Shown here: one piece after another, positions 46,952 through 57,130 of the stretch
Position numbering within the stretch: the stretch's first letter is position 1
Layout of the letters: the number at the start of each line of letters is the position of its first letter
NCBI GenBank assembly: GCA_048886685.1
Contig: JBHLKM010000011.1
Location: 104,855 to 168,854 of the forward strand
Origin: Candidatus Hodarchaeota archaeon
GTDB lineage: Archaea; Asgardarchaeota; Lokiarchaeia; Sigyniarchaeales; SOKP01
Length of the DNA: 64,000 nucleotides
Direction of reading: 5' to 3'
Notes under the pieces: model-generated
Told to the model about the DNA's origin: nothing
Seen by the model: the letters and a program-made list of their open reading frames with translations, nothing else
Database searches by the model: none
Translations under genes and position numbers: made by a program

Positions 46952-48613
46952 ATGACAGAAGAAAGTTCACAAGAAGAAAAACCTGTAGGTAGATTAACTG
47001 GTAAAACAACAACACATACAGTTACAGTTGTACTTGAAGGTCCTTCAGTTGAAAGGAACAACTATTTAGTAGTATATGGTGAAAAGGATGAAGAAGGTAA
47101 TAAACAATATTATGTCCTTTATATTACTGAAATGTGGACTGATGAAAAAGGACGCATGGCTAGATTGGGAGTATTAGGAGAGAGACCAAAAAAACCATTT
47201 GAAATTGGCTCTGATGTATACATGGCCAAGGAAGAACAAATTTCTAAAATTTTAGGAATTTTTAATCCACCAGAAGAATCTCTCTCTTTAGGAAAGCTGA
47301 TTGGTTATCCTTATGAAGTATATTTGTTAATAAAGAATTTTGGTAGAATTTTTATTACAGGAAAATCTGGATCTGGAAAATCCTATACAATGGGAGTATT
47401 GTGTGAGGAATTTCTTAAAAAAGGGATCCCTGTAGTAATATTGGATAGACATGGAGAATATGGAAGTTTAAAAGTTGCTGGTGAAGACCTTCCAGAAGGT
47501 GAAAGTGAGTTCGTAGACAACCTAATTGAGTTTTCTGATTTAAAGAAAAATAAAGGTGGAGATGTTGATATTGAATATTTATTTTCATTAAATCCTTCGG
47601 ATATTGTTGCACCTAATCTTTGTACTGTAGTTAATTTGAATGGATTGGCCTTAGAGGTTCAAGAGGCAATAGCAGGCAAACTTCTTAAAAAACTATATGA
47701 TGCTAGCACAACAAGAAGTATACCTCCGTTTTACTTATTTTTAGATGAAGCTCATTTATTTGCAGGGAAGAAACAGACAGAAACTTGTGAAGTTGTTAAA
47801 TTATTTGCTCAAGAAGGAAGAAAATTTGGAGCAAATATAGTAATTGGAACTCAACGTCCGCAATTATTAGACACTACAATTAGAGCTCAAGCAGGAACTT
47901 GGGTTGTCCATAATCTATCAGATATTAGAGATATTGGAATTACTATTTCAAGTGCTGAAGATTTAAGTAATGAAAATAAAACAGATATTTCTGGATTGGA
48001 TAAGGGACAAGCAATAATTTGTGGTGAAGCTGTCAAAGGTATCCCTCTCTTTGTGAAAATACGAAAAAGAAGAACAAAACATGGTGGTGTTAGTTTTAAT
48101 CCATTAGATTTTCTATCACAGCAAACTGTAGAAGAGCTGCAAAAAAGAAAGGAAAGACTTTTAGGGGGAAAATCAGCTGATGAATTAGAAACTGGAAAAT
48201 CGATGTTTGAAGAAATGATGGAACCAAAAAGAGCTGCTGATTATTTGGATGAGATTGCTGCATTAAAAGTAAGAATTCAAGAGTTAGAGGATGAGGTAGC
48301 TCGTCTAAAACAAAAAGTAGCTAATGTGAAAGAAGGAAAAGAAATTCCCCTTGTAGCAACGGATGAAACAATAGAAGACTTACAGACCGAAATAAATGTT
48401 TGGAAAGAAAAATATAATTACCTTAAGGAGATGGCACAGAAAGGGGAAGGTGATATGGTTCCACTAACCGAAGATACTGAAGAATTGCTAGAATTGAGTA
48501 ATAAAGCAATTGAACTTGAGGCACAGGTTAAGAAATATAAATCTAAGTATGATGATGCGATAATTTTAGCTGAGAAATCGATTGCAGAGTTAAAAAAGAC
48601 GCGAAAACAATGA
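46952..48613 (+). CDS. HerA/FtsK-family ATPase (DUF87) with C-terminal coiled coil
   Basis: HAS-barrel-like N-terminus, Walker A GKSGSGKS, ILDRHGEY, Walker B LFLDEAH, EGRKFG, TQRP. Confidence 0.87.
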   Translation: MTEESSQEEKPVGRLTGKTTTHTVTVVLEGPSVERNNYLVVYGEKDEEGNKQYYVLYITEMWTDEKGRMARLGVLGERPKKPFEIGSDVYMAKEEQISKILGIFNPPEESLSLGKLIGYPYEVYLLIKNFGRIFITGKSGSGKSYTMGVLCEEFLKKGIPVVILDRHGEYGSLKVAGEDLPEGESEFVDNLIEFSDLKKNKGGDVDIEYLFSLNPSDIVAPNLCTVVNLNGLALEVQEAIAGKLLKKLYDASTTRSIPPFYLFLDEAHLFAGKKQTETCEVVKLFAQEGRKFGANIVIGTQRPQLLDTTIRAQAGTWVVHNLSDIRDIGITISSAEDLSNENKTDISGLDKGQAIICGEAVKGIPLFVKIRKRRTKHGGVSFNPLDFLSQQTVEELQKRKERLLGGKSADELETGKSMFEEMMEPKRAADYLDEIAALKVRIQELEDEVARLKQKVANVKEGKEIPLVATDETIEDLQTEINVWKEKYNYLKEMAQKGEGDMVPLTEDTEELLELSNKAIELEAQVKKYKSKYDDAIILAEKSIAELKKTRKQ

Positions 48614-48739
48614 TTTTTTTAAATTTGTTCTTACCAAATTTTGTCTGAAACTAAGTTAAAAATTCAATATATTTATTGAATAAGGTATTTTCTTTCTATC
48701 ATATTGATTTTTTAATAATTATTTCAAATAAGAATAATC

Positions 48740-49831
48740 ATGGAAAGTAATACATTAAATCTTGACAATATTAAAAAACTCCAAAAAAAATTATCATCCT
48801 TAATTGGCGTCTCTGGACATGAAGAAGATGTAAGCAATTTCATTCTAAATGAAATTGAATCTCAAGGTTTAGCTGATAAAGTATGGATAGATTCTCTCGG
48901 AAATGTTCTTGCTATTAGGGAGGGAAGCAATAAAGATAATAGAATATTATTAGATGCTCATATTGATGAGATTGGTTTTATGATCTCCCATATAGAGAAA
49001 AAAGGATTTTTGAAATTTGTGTTAATAGGAGGGTTTGATAAAAGAATTCTTTTAGGTCAATCTGTAGTTTTAAAATCTAATATGGGCAAAATATTTCATG
49101 GGATAATTGGATCAAAACCACCTCATCTTACATCACCAGAAGAGAGAAAAAAACAGGTTGAAATTACTGATATGTATATTGATATAGGATTAACATCAGA
49201 AGAACAAGTAAAGGAAAATAAAATTTCTATTGGGACAACGGGTACCCTATTTTCCCCCTTTGAAGAGTTCCCAAACGGAATGGTTAGAGGCAAAGCTTTT
49301 GATGACAGAACTGGGTGTAATGTTCTTCTGCATATCATGAAGTTATTAAAGGAGAATGAAAAATATAGGGACACAGTTCTTTTTAATTTTGCAGTGCAGG
49401 AAGAAATTGGTGGTCGGGGTGCAATTACCGGAGCTTATACACTAGAGCCAACTATAGCCTTAGCAATTGAAAATACAACAGCTGCTGATGTGCCAGGTAT
49501 TAGAGAATCAGAAAACCCAGTAGATATTGGAAAGGGTCCCGCTATAACTGTTGCTGATCGAAATATGATTTCACATCCTAGAATAAATGAAAGAATTATT
49601 AAAAATGCTGAAATAGAGAAGATTCCTTATCAGATAAAAAAACCACTTTATGGTGGTACTGATGCTGGTAAAATCCATATTTCTAGAAGAGGCATACCAA
49701 GCTCAGTTGTATCCGTTCCGTGTAGATATATTCATTCCCCTACATCATTATTAAAACTTCAAGACGTTTATGACACAATACGGTTAATTGATGTTTTTAT
49801 TAGAAATCTCGCCAATATTACACTTCAATAA
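48740..49831 (+). CDS. M42 (TET) aminopeptidase
   Basis: GVSGHE, DAHIDEIG, GKAFDDRTG, VQEEIG, GGTDAG, PCRYIHSP. Confidence 0.93.
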   Translation: MESNTLNLDNIKKLQKKLSSLIGVSGHEEDVSNFILNEIESQGLADKVWIDSLGNVLAIREGSNKDNRILLDAHIDEIGFMISHIEKKGFLKFVLIGGFDKRILLGQSVVLKSNMGKIFHGIIGSKPPHLTSPEERKKQVEITDMYIDIGLTSEEQVKENKISIGTTGTLFSPFEEFPNGMVRGKAFDDRTGCNVLLHIMKLLKENEKYRDTVLFNFAVQEEIGGRGAITGAYTLEPTIALAIENTTAADVPGIRESENPVDIGKGPAITVADRNMISHPRINERIIKNAEIEKIPYQIKKPLYGGTDAGKIHISRRGIPSSVVSVPCRYIHSPTSLLKLQDVYDTIRLIDVFIRNLANITLQ

Positions 49832-51269
49832 ACTTATCTTCCTTAAATTGGTGTTCTATAAATTTTAAATCTTTTACTTTAATTTTCTTTATAGCTACCA
49901 AAGCCACTAAATAGAAAAAACCCATAACAACCCAGAGTAGAACCATAATTATTGGATTGCTCTGATTTTCTCCTGAGAGTATAAATCCTATAATAAGCGA
50001 AATAATAGCAGCTCCTAATGATCTTACGAATGATGCTAATCCGTAATATGAGCCAGAAATTTTTGGCATTGCTAAATCAATATTAGATTCCTCTGAGTTT
50101 TCTGCAGCTTCATGAACTAATGCTGCTGTCAATGGAATTGAAAATAAGGGAGCTGAATACATTGATCCCAGTACAGTACTCCATGTAATAATATATAAGG
50201 TTAATTCTACACCAAACGGAAGGAACGGTATTAAGAAAAATGAGCCAAAAAATGAACCAATTATCGAGAATATCATAATAGTGGAATACGATTTCAGTAC
50301 ATTAGTCCGTTTTCTCAATGCGATCCATAAGAAATACCACCCAAATTTTCCAATTATTGAAATTGCTGGGTAGATCAAGAATTGTAATTTTTCAAATTCC
50401 ATGACAAAATATTGGAAAGGAAAAATTAAAGTTCCTAAAGTTCTTCCCGCGAGACCAGCAAAAAATCCAGCAATTACTAAATATAGAAAACTAATATCCT
50501 TTAATGGTATTGTCATTTGACGGAACCTACCTGAAATAGTGACTTTTTCATGTTGATGTTCACCATATGAATTATGAAAATTCTCATCTACAGAAAAGAA
50601 TATTGATAACACTGAAATTAAACCAAAAATAGAGAATCCAGTTCCTATTAATGGGATGAAAGTAGTGACTATTCTTCCAGAGTCTGTCCACCATTTCACA
50701 TTATCAGTATCTGGAAGAAGACTTGAAACCATTGAAGGCATCAACAACGCCACAACTGAAGCTATTATAGAGAATGCCGATCTTACAGAAGCTACCCTTT
50801 CCCTATTTTTGAGAGTTTGGGATTGTTCAGGCAACATTGATATATAAACATTGAATAATAGTGACCTTGATAAAGATCTGATTATGATAATAATCCAGAA
50901 AAATATTGCTGTAGGAAAGAATAACGGATTTCCCTCTGGCGCTTTAGGTGGAAGCCAAATCAAGATTGTTGATGCAGACCAAATAGGTAGACCAATAAGT
51001 AAGAAAGGACGCCTTTTTCCTAACTTCCCTGGTTTTTTATTGTCAACAATTACTCCGAAAATTATAGCAAAAAACGCATCTAAAAATAATTGAGCAAATA
51101 TACCAATTGAAACAAGGATCGCGTCAAGGTTGATTGTATAAACATAAAATTGAAATAAGTATATTCCTACGAAAATATTCACTAGGGGCATTCCTAAGTC
51201 GCCCATAGAATATCCAAATAGTCTCTTTCCATTCAATTCTCTTGGTGGTAGGGGGAGTGTATCTTCCAT
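49818..51269 (-). CDS. MFS transporter, glycoside-pentoside-hexuronide (MelB-like) family
   Basis: GYSMGDLG, IVDNKKPGKLGKRRPF, YISMLPE, about 12 TM segments. Confidence 0.85.
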   Translation of the reverse strand: MEDTLPLPPRELNGKRLFGYSMGDLGMPLVNIFVGIYLFQFYVYTINLDAILVSIGIFAQLFLDAFFAIIFGVIVDNKKPGKLGKRRPFLLIGLPIWSASTILIWLPPKAPEGNPLFFPTAIFFWIIIIIRSLSRSLLFNVYISMLPEQSQTLKNRERVASVRSAFSIIASVVALLMPSMVSSLLPDTDNVKWWTDSGRIVTTFIPLIGTGFSIFGLISVLSIFFSVDENFHNSYGEHQHEKVTISGRFRQMTIPLKDISFLYLVIAGFFAGLAGRTLGTLIFPFQYFVMEFEKLQFLIYPAISIIGKFGWYFLWIALRKRTNVLKSYSTIMIFSIIGSFFGSFFLIPFLPFGVELTLYIITWSTVLGSMYSAPLFSIPLTAALVHEAAENSEESNIDLAMPKISGSYYGLASFVRSLGAAIISLIIGFILSGENQSNPIIMVLLWVVMGFFYLVALVAIKKIKVKDLKFIEHQFKEDKFIEV

Positions 51270-51494
51270 TGTTCATCAAATTATGGTAATTAAACTTCAA
51301 AATATTGGTGAATTGAAATAATTTTTGATTTTTTATTAATAAATGAGTAGTCTATCTTCAATTTGTACTTTTGTGTCATTTTACTTTATAAACTAATCGA
51401 CGACAACTTTATAATATTATTGAAAAGCAAAACCAATAAATTCACTTCTCAAATCAGTTGGTTCAAAAAAAATAAAAAAAGACATAAGGTATTT

Positions 51495-52376
51495 TTACTT
51501 TTCTTTATTTTTTTCTTTTCTCTTCTTAATTTTTTTTTGCTGTTCAACAATTACATTGCTAATAAACTGTGTTGTAGAATAAGCGGATTCAGCTTCTCCG
51601 AGAGTTAAACCATCAAGTTCTTTTTCCATTTTTTCAGCCTCTTCATCTGTAAATGCCATTTCGTTTTGAATATACTCTTTAGCACTCATTTTATGACGTT
51701 TAGTCCTCAATTCAGCCCGTTGGAGGTAATAATGACTTGTTATGTGAAGTACAGTCCCTCCATCCCCATACTCAAAAGTAATAACAATCGGTGCTTCTCC
51801 ATATTTTTGTTCCATCTCTTTACTAGTTACCAATACTTTCACCTTTTCCTTATCTAAGATTTCAATAGGATAAGATGAAGACTCTAACCACCAGATAGGT
51901 TCTTCGTCAGCTTTAAATAATCCCTCTAGAAATTTGTTAGATTTATCTACAACCTGAACTGCAACGCAATCATCACCTGTAGGTCTTTGATTGTATTTTA
52001 CAAGTTCTGGAAATATTTTTTCTAATATATTAAGAAGAGCCCAATCTGTAGTAAAAAGAAAACCACCTCGTTTAACGAAATCCTTAACTTTAGGTAATGC
52101 ATCGTCATAAATGTCTCCAGGGCAATTAATAATTAGTATTTGGTCTGGTTTTAATTCAATTTGAATGACTTCTTCTGGTTGAATCAAAACATATGGCACT
52201 TTTATCATATCTAACACCATTTCCACTTTATCATAGGAGCCAGAAACAATGATGATTGCGGATTCCTTTACTTTCTGTAAGATTTCAAGATCCATTGGTC
52301 GCTCTTTAGCCATACGTGTCTTCAATATTTTAGAGGATGCTTTATACGCCTGTTCCATCTTTTTAAAATCTCCCAT
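51495..52376 (-). CDS. Hypothetical protein, possible class I glutamine-amidotransferase-like fold
   Basis: IIVSGSYDKVEMVL, ILIINCPG, VKDFVKRGGFLFTTDWA, GGTVLHITSH. Confidence 0.65.
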   Translation of the reverse strand: MGDFKKMEQAYKASSKILKTRMAKERPMDLEILQKVKESAIIIVSGSYDKVEMVLDMIKVPYVLIQPEEVIQIELKPDQILIINCPGDIYDDALPKVKDFVKRGGFLFTTDWALLNILEKIFPELVKYNQRPTGDDCVAVQVVDKSNKFLEGLFKADEEPIWWLESSSYPIEILDKEKVKVLVTSKEMEQKYGEAPIVITFEYGDGGTVLHITSHYYLQRAELRTKRHKMSAKEYIQNEMAFTDEEAEKMEKELDGLTLGEAESAYSTTQFISNVIVEQQKKIKKRKEKNKEK

Positions 52377-52545
52377 TAGTTTAACCTCTATTTTTTCCTA
52401 GTTAATATCTTTTTTATTTTTAAAGTATATGGAAATCAATGTCTATAAATCTTCTCACCCCTTCCTTGATATTAAAAAGTATAATATTGATAAATCACAA
52501 AATCCAATTATATAATAATTAGTATATCACTAAATCATCTCAAAT

Positions 52546-54246
52546 TTGATAAAGATGAATATCATTGATGTAAATCGGAAAAAAATTATTTTAATAACTC
52601 TATTTTTCGGGCTTTTCATATTAGGAACCGTCCTCATATTCATAATACCTTTTGACGTTAAAGCTACGTATAACAAAACTGTGAAAACTATAGATGGAGA
52701 AATAATATCATTTAATGTATTTGAACCAAAAAGGACAGGAGCAAATAAGACTGCAATAATATTGGGGCATGGTATTATGTCAAATAAAGAAATGCTTAAA
52801 GGTTATGCCATTGAACTTGCTGCTGCGGGATTTGTTGCGGTTCCCTTTGATTTTCGAGGACATGGACAAAGTACAGGAGAACTTAATAGAAACTTATTAA
52901 ATAATGATATAAATGCCATAGTCTCATATCTAAATGGTAGGTCAGATATTGATACAAGTTCACTTGGTTATTTTGGCTTTTCAATGGGAGGATTTCCAGG
53001 AATTGAAGTTGTTAGCGATTCTACTGATTTTAAATGTTTTATTGGAGCAGGTACTCGATTACCTCAAAACAAGCGAAGAGGCAATTCAACTTATCCACTA
53101 AATATTCTTATGATTGTAGGGAGGTTCGATGAAGTAATTAATACGAACGAACTAAAAGAGAATTTATCATATTATGTAAATGGACCACCTTCAGAAATTA
53201 ATGTAAATCGATTATATGGCAGTTTTCAAGATGGAAATGCTTCAATGATTTATCTTGATGACAATAGTAATCATGTATTAGGAGATTGGGATCCTGATTT
53301 TATCAGGGAAGCAAGAAATTTTGCATTGAATTCTTTTCCTAACGTCAGGCCTATAGATGAAAACCTTTATACTCATACAAGACTTTTAATTTTATTTCTG
53401 CAACTCCTTGGAGGTTTTGGGTTTTTTTTATTAATTGTCGATCCTCTTTCACAGTTGATTTTAAAGACAAGGGAAGAAAGTAGACTCATATTCGAAATTG
53501 AAGATGAATCTATTATAAGTCTCGAAGGCAAAACAATCGCTTACTCTTTACTATTTGGGATACTCGGGATATTAATATTTGTACCAATTATATTAGTTGC
53601 ATTTTTAGCAACCGCTGGATTTATTTCAGCCTTATTATTCGGTCAAGCTTTTGGAATTTTAGTGTTAGTGTGGAGAATTGGGAAAAGGAGACATATTAAA
53701 TTAAGTGATTTAATAAAGAAACCATTTAAAAGTTCAAGAAACGACCTTATTAGACAGTTCTTGTTAGGGGGAATATTAGCTACGCTTTTAACTGTGATCA
53801 TTTATTTATCATCTGGCTTAAATTATATAGGAATGATTCCTTCAATTACAAAAATCCCATGGATACCATTGTATTTCGCCATCCTTTTCGCCATCTTTAT
53901 GATATACGGTTTACTATTTCATGGAATTCTTCAGAATAAATTCAAAACAGGTTTAAGAGCACAAATAAAAGCATCACTTGTGGTTTTTGGACTTCTATTT
54001 CTATATATATTTACATATCTTCTAATATTCGCACTTATCATGGGTAGCTTCTTCTATTTTGGCTCTTTCCTTCCACTTGCGATACCACTCTTTTTACTGA
54101 TTGCTATTATATCCACGATTGCATACGATAAAACTGGAAATATAATATCTGGAGCTCTTATAAACACATTATTTTTTACTTTGTTAATTTGTACCATTTC
54201 ACCTTATCAGAGTGGAATAAGTTTTATTATTGGCTTTTTCCACTGA
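52546..54246 (+). CDS. Membrane-bound alpha/beta hydrolase
   Basis: HGIMSNKE, FDFRGHGQS, nucleophile elbow GFSMGG, N-terminal anchor and multi-TM C-terminal half. Confidence 0.85.
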   Translation: MIKMNIIDVNRKKIILITLFFGLFILGTVLIFIIPFDVKATYNKTVKTIDGEIISFNVFEPKRTGANKTAIILGHGIMSNKEMLKGYAIELAAAGFVAVPFDFRGHGQSTGELNRNLLNNDINAIVSYLNGRSDIDTSSLGYFGFSMGGFPGIEVVSDSTDFKCFIGAGTRLPQNKRRGNSTYPLNILMIVGRFDEVINTNELKENLSYYVNGPPSEINVNRLYGSFQDGNASMIYLDDNSNHVLGDWDPDFIREARNFALNSFPNVRPIDENLYTHTRLLILFLQLLGGFGFFLLIVDPLSQLILKTREESRLIFEIEDESIISLEGKTIAYSLLFGILGILIFVPIILVAFLATAGFISALLFGQAFGILVLVWRIGKRRHIKLSDLIKKPFKSSRNDLIRQFLLGGILATLLTVIIYLSSGLNYIGMIPSITKIPWIPLYFAILFAIFMIYGLLFHGILQNKFKTGLRAQIKASLVVFGLLFLYIFTYLLIFALIMGSFFYFGSFLPLAIPLFLLIAIISTIAYDKTGNIISGALINTLFFTLLICTISPYQSGISFIIGFFH

Positions 54247-54390
54247 ATTTACTACCCCTTTTTTTATTTAATAACTTTTTAAGAATTTATAATTCTTTTA
54301 TTATAATTATAAATTTTAAATCAAAAGTTAACTTACTTTTTCAATAAAAATTCAGTAATTTTTTAGAATAAAGAAATTTAAAAAAACAAA

Positions 54391-55428
54391 ATGTCTCAAG
54401 ATCAAATTCTTTCTGTATCCTATTTTGACCAAGTTATAGGTCCGAATGTTTTCTACTCAAGTGAGCGATTAGAAGATGTAGCAGGTGCCCCGGATTTAGA
54501 TAGGATTCTTGAATTTAATGATGAAGAGGGAACTTTTATTTTTGCCTATCGAAAATATCAGACGGTAAATCATTTATTTTATATTGACTCTAAATTCGCT
54601 CGTGGTGGCAAAGATTTAATGATGATTTCTTTTATGATTAAAACAGCAATATTCAAGGATGAAATTGTCGATGTCTTTAAATATTTAGACTCTAAAGGTC
54701 CAATTTTGGAAGAGTTTGCTGAAGAAATAAAAAACATGGGAGAACTTACAGGATTATTACATTTAAAAAAAGATGTTATTTCAAAAGGATTTGTTCTAAA
54801 GTATGCTGATGAAAAACTCAAAAATGACTTTTTAAAGATATTTAATAAGTATTTCCGAAAACTTACACCAGAATATCGTATAGAAACACCTATAAAAACC
54901 AAGAGAATAATAAAGAAAGTTTTTATTGTAGGAGCCCCTAAAGCTGGGAAAAAAACCCTGCTGAAAAATATTGAATTAATTCAATTCCTAAATATAAAAA
55001 AGAATGACTTAACTGTAAGAATTTTAGAAGTAGTCATAGAAAATCTTGAGATTTTAGAATATGATGAAAATAAGTGTGAATTTGGGTGTAAAGGATTTAA
55101 TTCTTTTGATGAATGTATATCTCATGCTCAAGGTTTAATTCTTATCTTTAAGTTGTCTGATCAAAACTCCATATTAGATACAAAAAACATGTTCCAAGTA
55201 ATCGAGAACAAATATTTAGAAAAGGGGATTGATCCAATTCCAGTTTTAATAATAGGTAATAAATTTAATTTAGATGAAGACGATAAACAAGAAACTATTC
55301 ATAGTATCTTTGAAATTGAGAAATTAAAAGAAAAACGTAGGAGAATTAGATATTTTCCTATAAGAATTTTAGAAGAAGATAATAGAGTCATGAAATCTCT
55401 TCGATGGATGATTAAAAACATTCTGTAA
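54391..55428 (+). CDS. Longin/uDENN-like domain fused to a degenerate Ras-like GTPase domain
   Basis: N-terminal SVSYFDQVIGP and ARGG. C-terminal GAPKAGKKT, AQGLILIF, IPVLIIGNKFN. No DxxG. Confidence 0.7.
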   Translation: MSQDQILSVSYFDQVIGPNVFYSSERLEDVAGAPDLDRILEFNDEEGTFIFAYRKYQTVNHLFYIDSKFARGGKDLMMISFMIKTAIFKDEIVDVFKYLDSKGPILEEFAEEIKNMGELTGLLHLKKDVISKGFVLKYADEKLKNDFLKIFNKYFRKLTPEYRIETPIKTKRIIKKVFIVGAPKAGKKTLLKNIELIQFLNIKKNDLTVRILEVVIENLEILEYDENKCEFGCKGFNSFDECISHAQGLILIFKLSDQNSILDTKNMFQVIENKYLEKGIDPIPVLIIGNKFNLDEDDKQETIHSIFEIEKLKEKRRRIRYFPIRILEEDNRVMKSLRWMIKNIL

Positions 55429-55503
55429 TTTTTAACTCAGATTCCGAGATTCTTAATAAGCCCTCTAACAAATCTTTTAAATAATTATTAATATAATAAA
55501 TAG

Positions 55504-55860
55504 ATGACATCAAATTCTTTAAAAGGAATATTATGGGGAATCTTATTTTTTCTCACAGCAGCCATCTATAGCTCAATTCCTACATATTTGATAGTTAGAT
55601 TTTGGGTATGGTTAAATGATTTTCCAGTTTATACTCTGTCATTATTCATGTTATTTTTGTGGATCGTTGCTATTATCATTGTTCTAATTTACATTGTGGC
55701 TATGATTCGTGCATTTATTCAAAGAAAAAGTGAAGATTTAGGTATTCCAAGAGGGGTCAAGGGATTTGGGTTAGTATCAACTGTAATTATTTTCGTATTT
55801 ATGTTAATTTGGTATCTTATTTTTGAGCAAATAGCATTTTTTTCTATGATTCCTCTTTAG
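55504..55860 (+). CDS. Small 3-TM membrane protein
   Basis: 118-aa ORF with three hydrophobic helices. Confidence 0.75.
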   Translation: MTSNSLKGILWGILFFLTAAIYSSIPTYLIVRFWVWLNDFPVYTLSLFMLFLWIVAIIIVLIYIVAMIRAFIQRKSEDLGIPRGVKGFGLVSTVIIFVFMLIWYLIFEQIAFFSMIPL

Positions 55861-55877
55861 AAAAAAGAATAATCTCT

Positions 55878-57053
55878 TCAAAGATTTAAGGGATAATTCC
55901 CAAATTTGTGAGTTGCCTCAACCATCCATCTTAAATTCTTGACCTTGACAGCGGGATGCATATTTGCAGCACTAACAATAAATCCTCCACCAGGGCCGCC
56001 TACTTTTATCGCATATTTGACAGCATCAAATACTTCTTTTTTCGTCCCATAAGTCAAGACATGGGCGATATCGATATTTCCCATAAGACAGAGCTTATCT
56101 CCTACTTTTTTCTTTACTAAGGCTAAATCTACACCAGCTGTAGGTTCGAGAGATTGAAGCCCATCAAATCCACAATTTACAACAAAATCCAGTAGTGGAG
56201 TAATTTGTCCATCAGAGTGAAGAACTACCTTTCCTCCTCGTTCATGAACTGTATCCGTTATTATCTTATATCCTGGAAGGACTAATTCGGTAAACTTTTT
56301 AGGACTCATCATAGGACCTGTTTTATAAGCAAGGTCTCCCGATTCCACAAAAACCTCTGCTCCTGCTTCCATATAGCTTTTATATAATTCTGCGGTAAAT
56401 TGAGCAATAACAGTATGTACTTCTTTAATAAATCTCGGATCTTTTCTTACCATCCGTGCATAAAACGGCCATCCTAATCCTTGGCTTGCTGCTTCAAAGG
56501 TACCCAAATAATCATTCGTAACAATTACAAATATTTTATCTTTATACTTTTTATTTATCCTACGAAAGAATTTTTTAGCTATTTTTTTATATTTATCAAT
56601 AGCAGGACCTTCTAAGTTTTCACGTACTTCTTTCCATTTCTCTTTTGAGGTAGTAGTACCGTAGATATAATATGGATTAAAATTTCCCTCATTATTCAAA
56701 ACTGACCATACCCTGCCATATATATCACCTAAAAGCAGTGTGCCATCTTCTTGTTCTCCTAATGCATAAAATGGGATAATTCCGACCTGCATGGCATCCA
56801 AACCAATATTTGCAGCAGCTTCAACACACCGTGAAAATACAATTGTTTCAATTCCTTCAATTAAGTTACTTAATTCGTCGATCCATCCATCAGGATTATT
56901 TTTTTTTACTTGATTTAGCGCTTCAAAATCATCAATTTCAGGTTTTCCAAGAATTTCATCGCTATTATTTGCATCAATTAAAATTGTATGACATGGTACT
57001 CGATCTGGTTCTTCTAGATTAAGAGCAGCAAGAACTCTCTCTCTACATTCCAA
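55878..57053 (-). CDS. UroD/MtaA-family methyltransferase
   Basis: RERVLAALNLEEPDRVP, GDLAYKTGPMMSP, HSDG, LMGNID, GGGFI. Confidence 0.87.
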   Translation of the reverse strand: MECRERVLAALNLEEPDRVPCHTILIDANNSDEILGKPEIDDFEALNQVKKNNPDGWIDELSNLIEGIETIVFSRCVEAAANIGLDAMQVGIIPFYALGEQEDGTLLLGDIYGRVWSVLNNEGNFNPYYIYGTTTSKEKWKEVRENLEGPAIDKYKKIAKKFFRRINKKYKDKIFVIVTNDYLGTFEAASQGLGWPFYARMVRKDPRFIKEVHTVIAQFTAELYKSYMEAGAEVFVESGDLAYKTGPMMSPKKFTELVLPGYKIITDTVHERGGKVVLHSDGQITPLLDFVVNCGFDGLQSLEPTAGVDLALVKKKVGDKLCLMGNIDIAHVLTYGTKKEVFDAVKYAIKVGGPGGGFIVSAANMHPAVKVKNLRWMVEATHKFGNYPLNL

Positions 57054-57130
57054 AAAAAAATCACCTTTCGAACTTTATAATCTTACGTTAGATCAAACTA
57101 ATAATACAATCGAGAAAAATATAATGAGTT

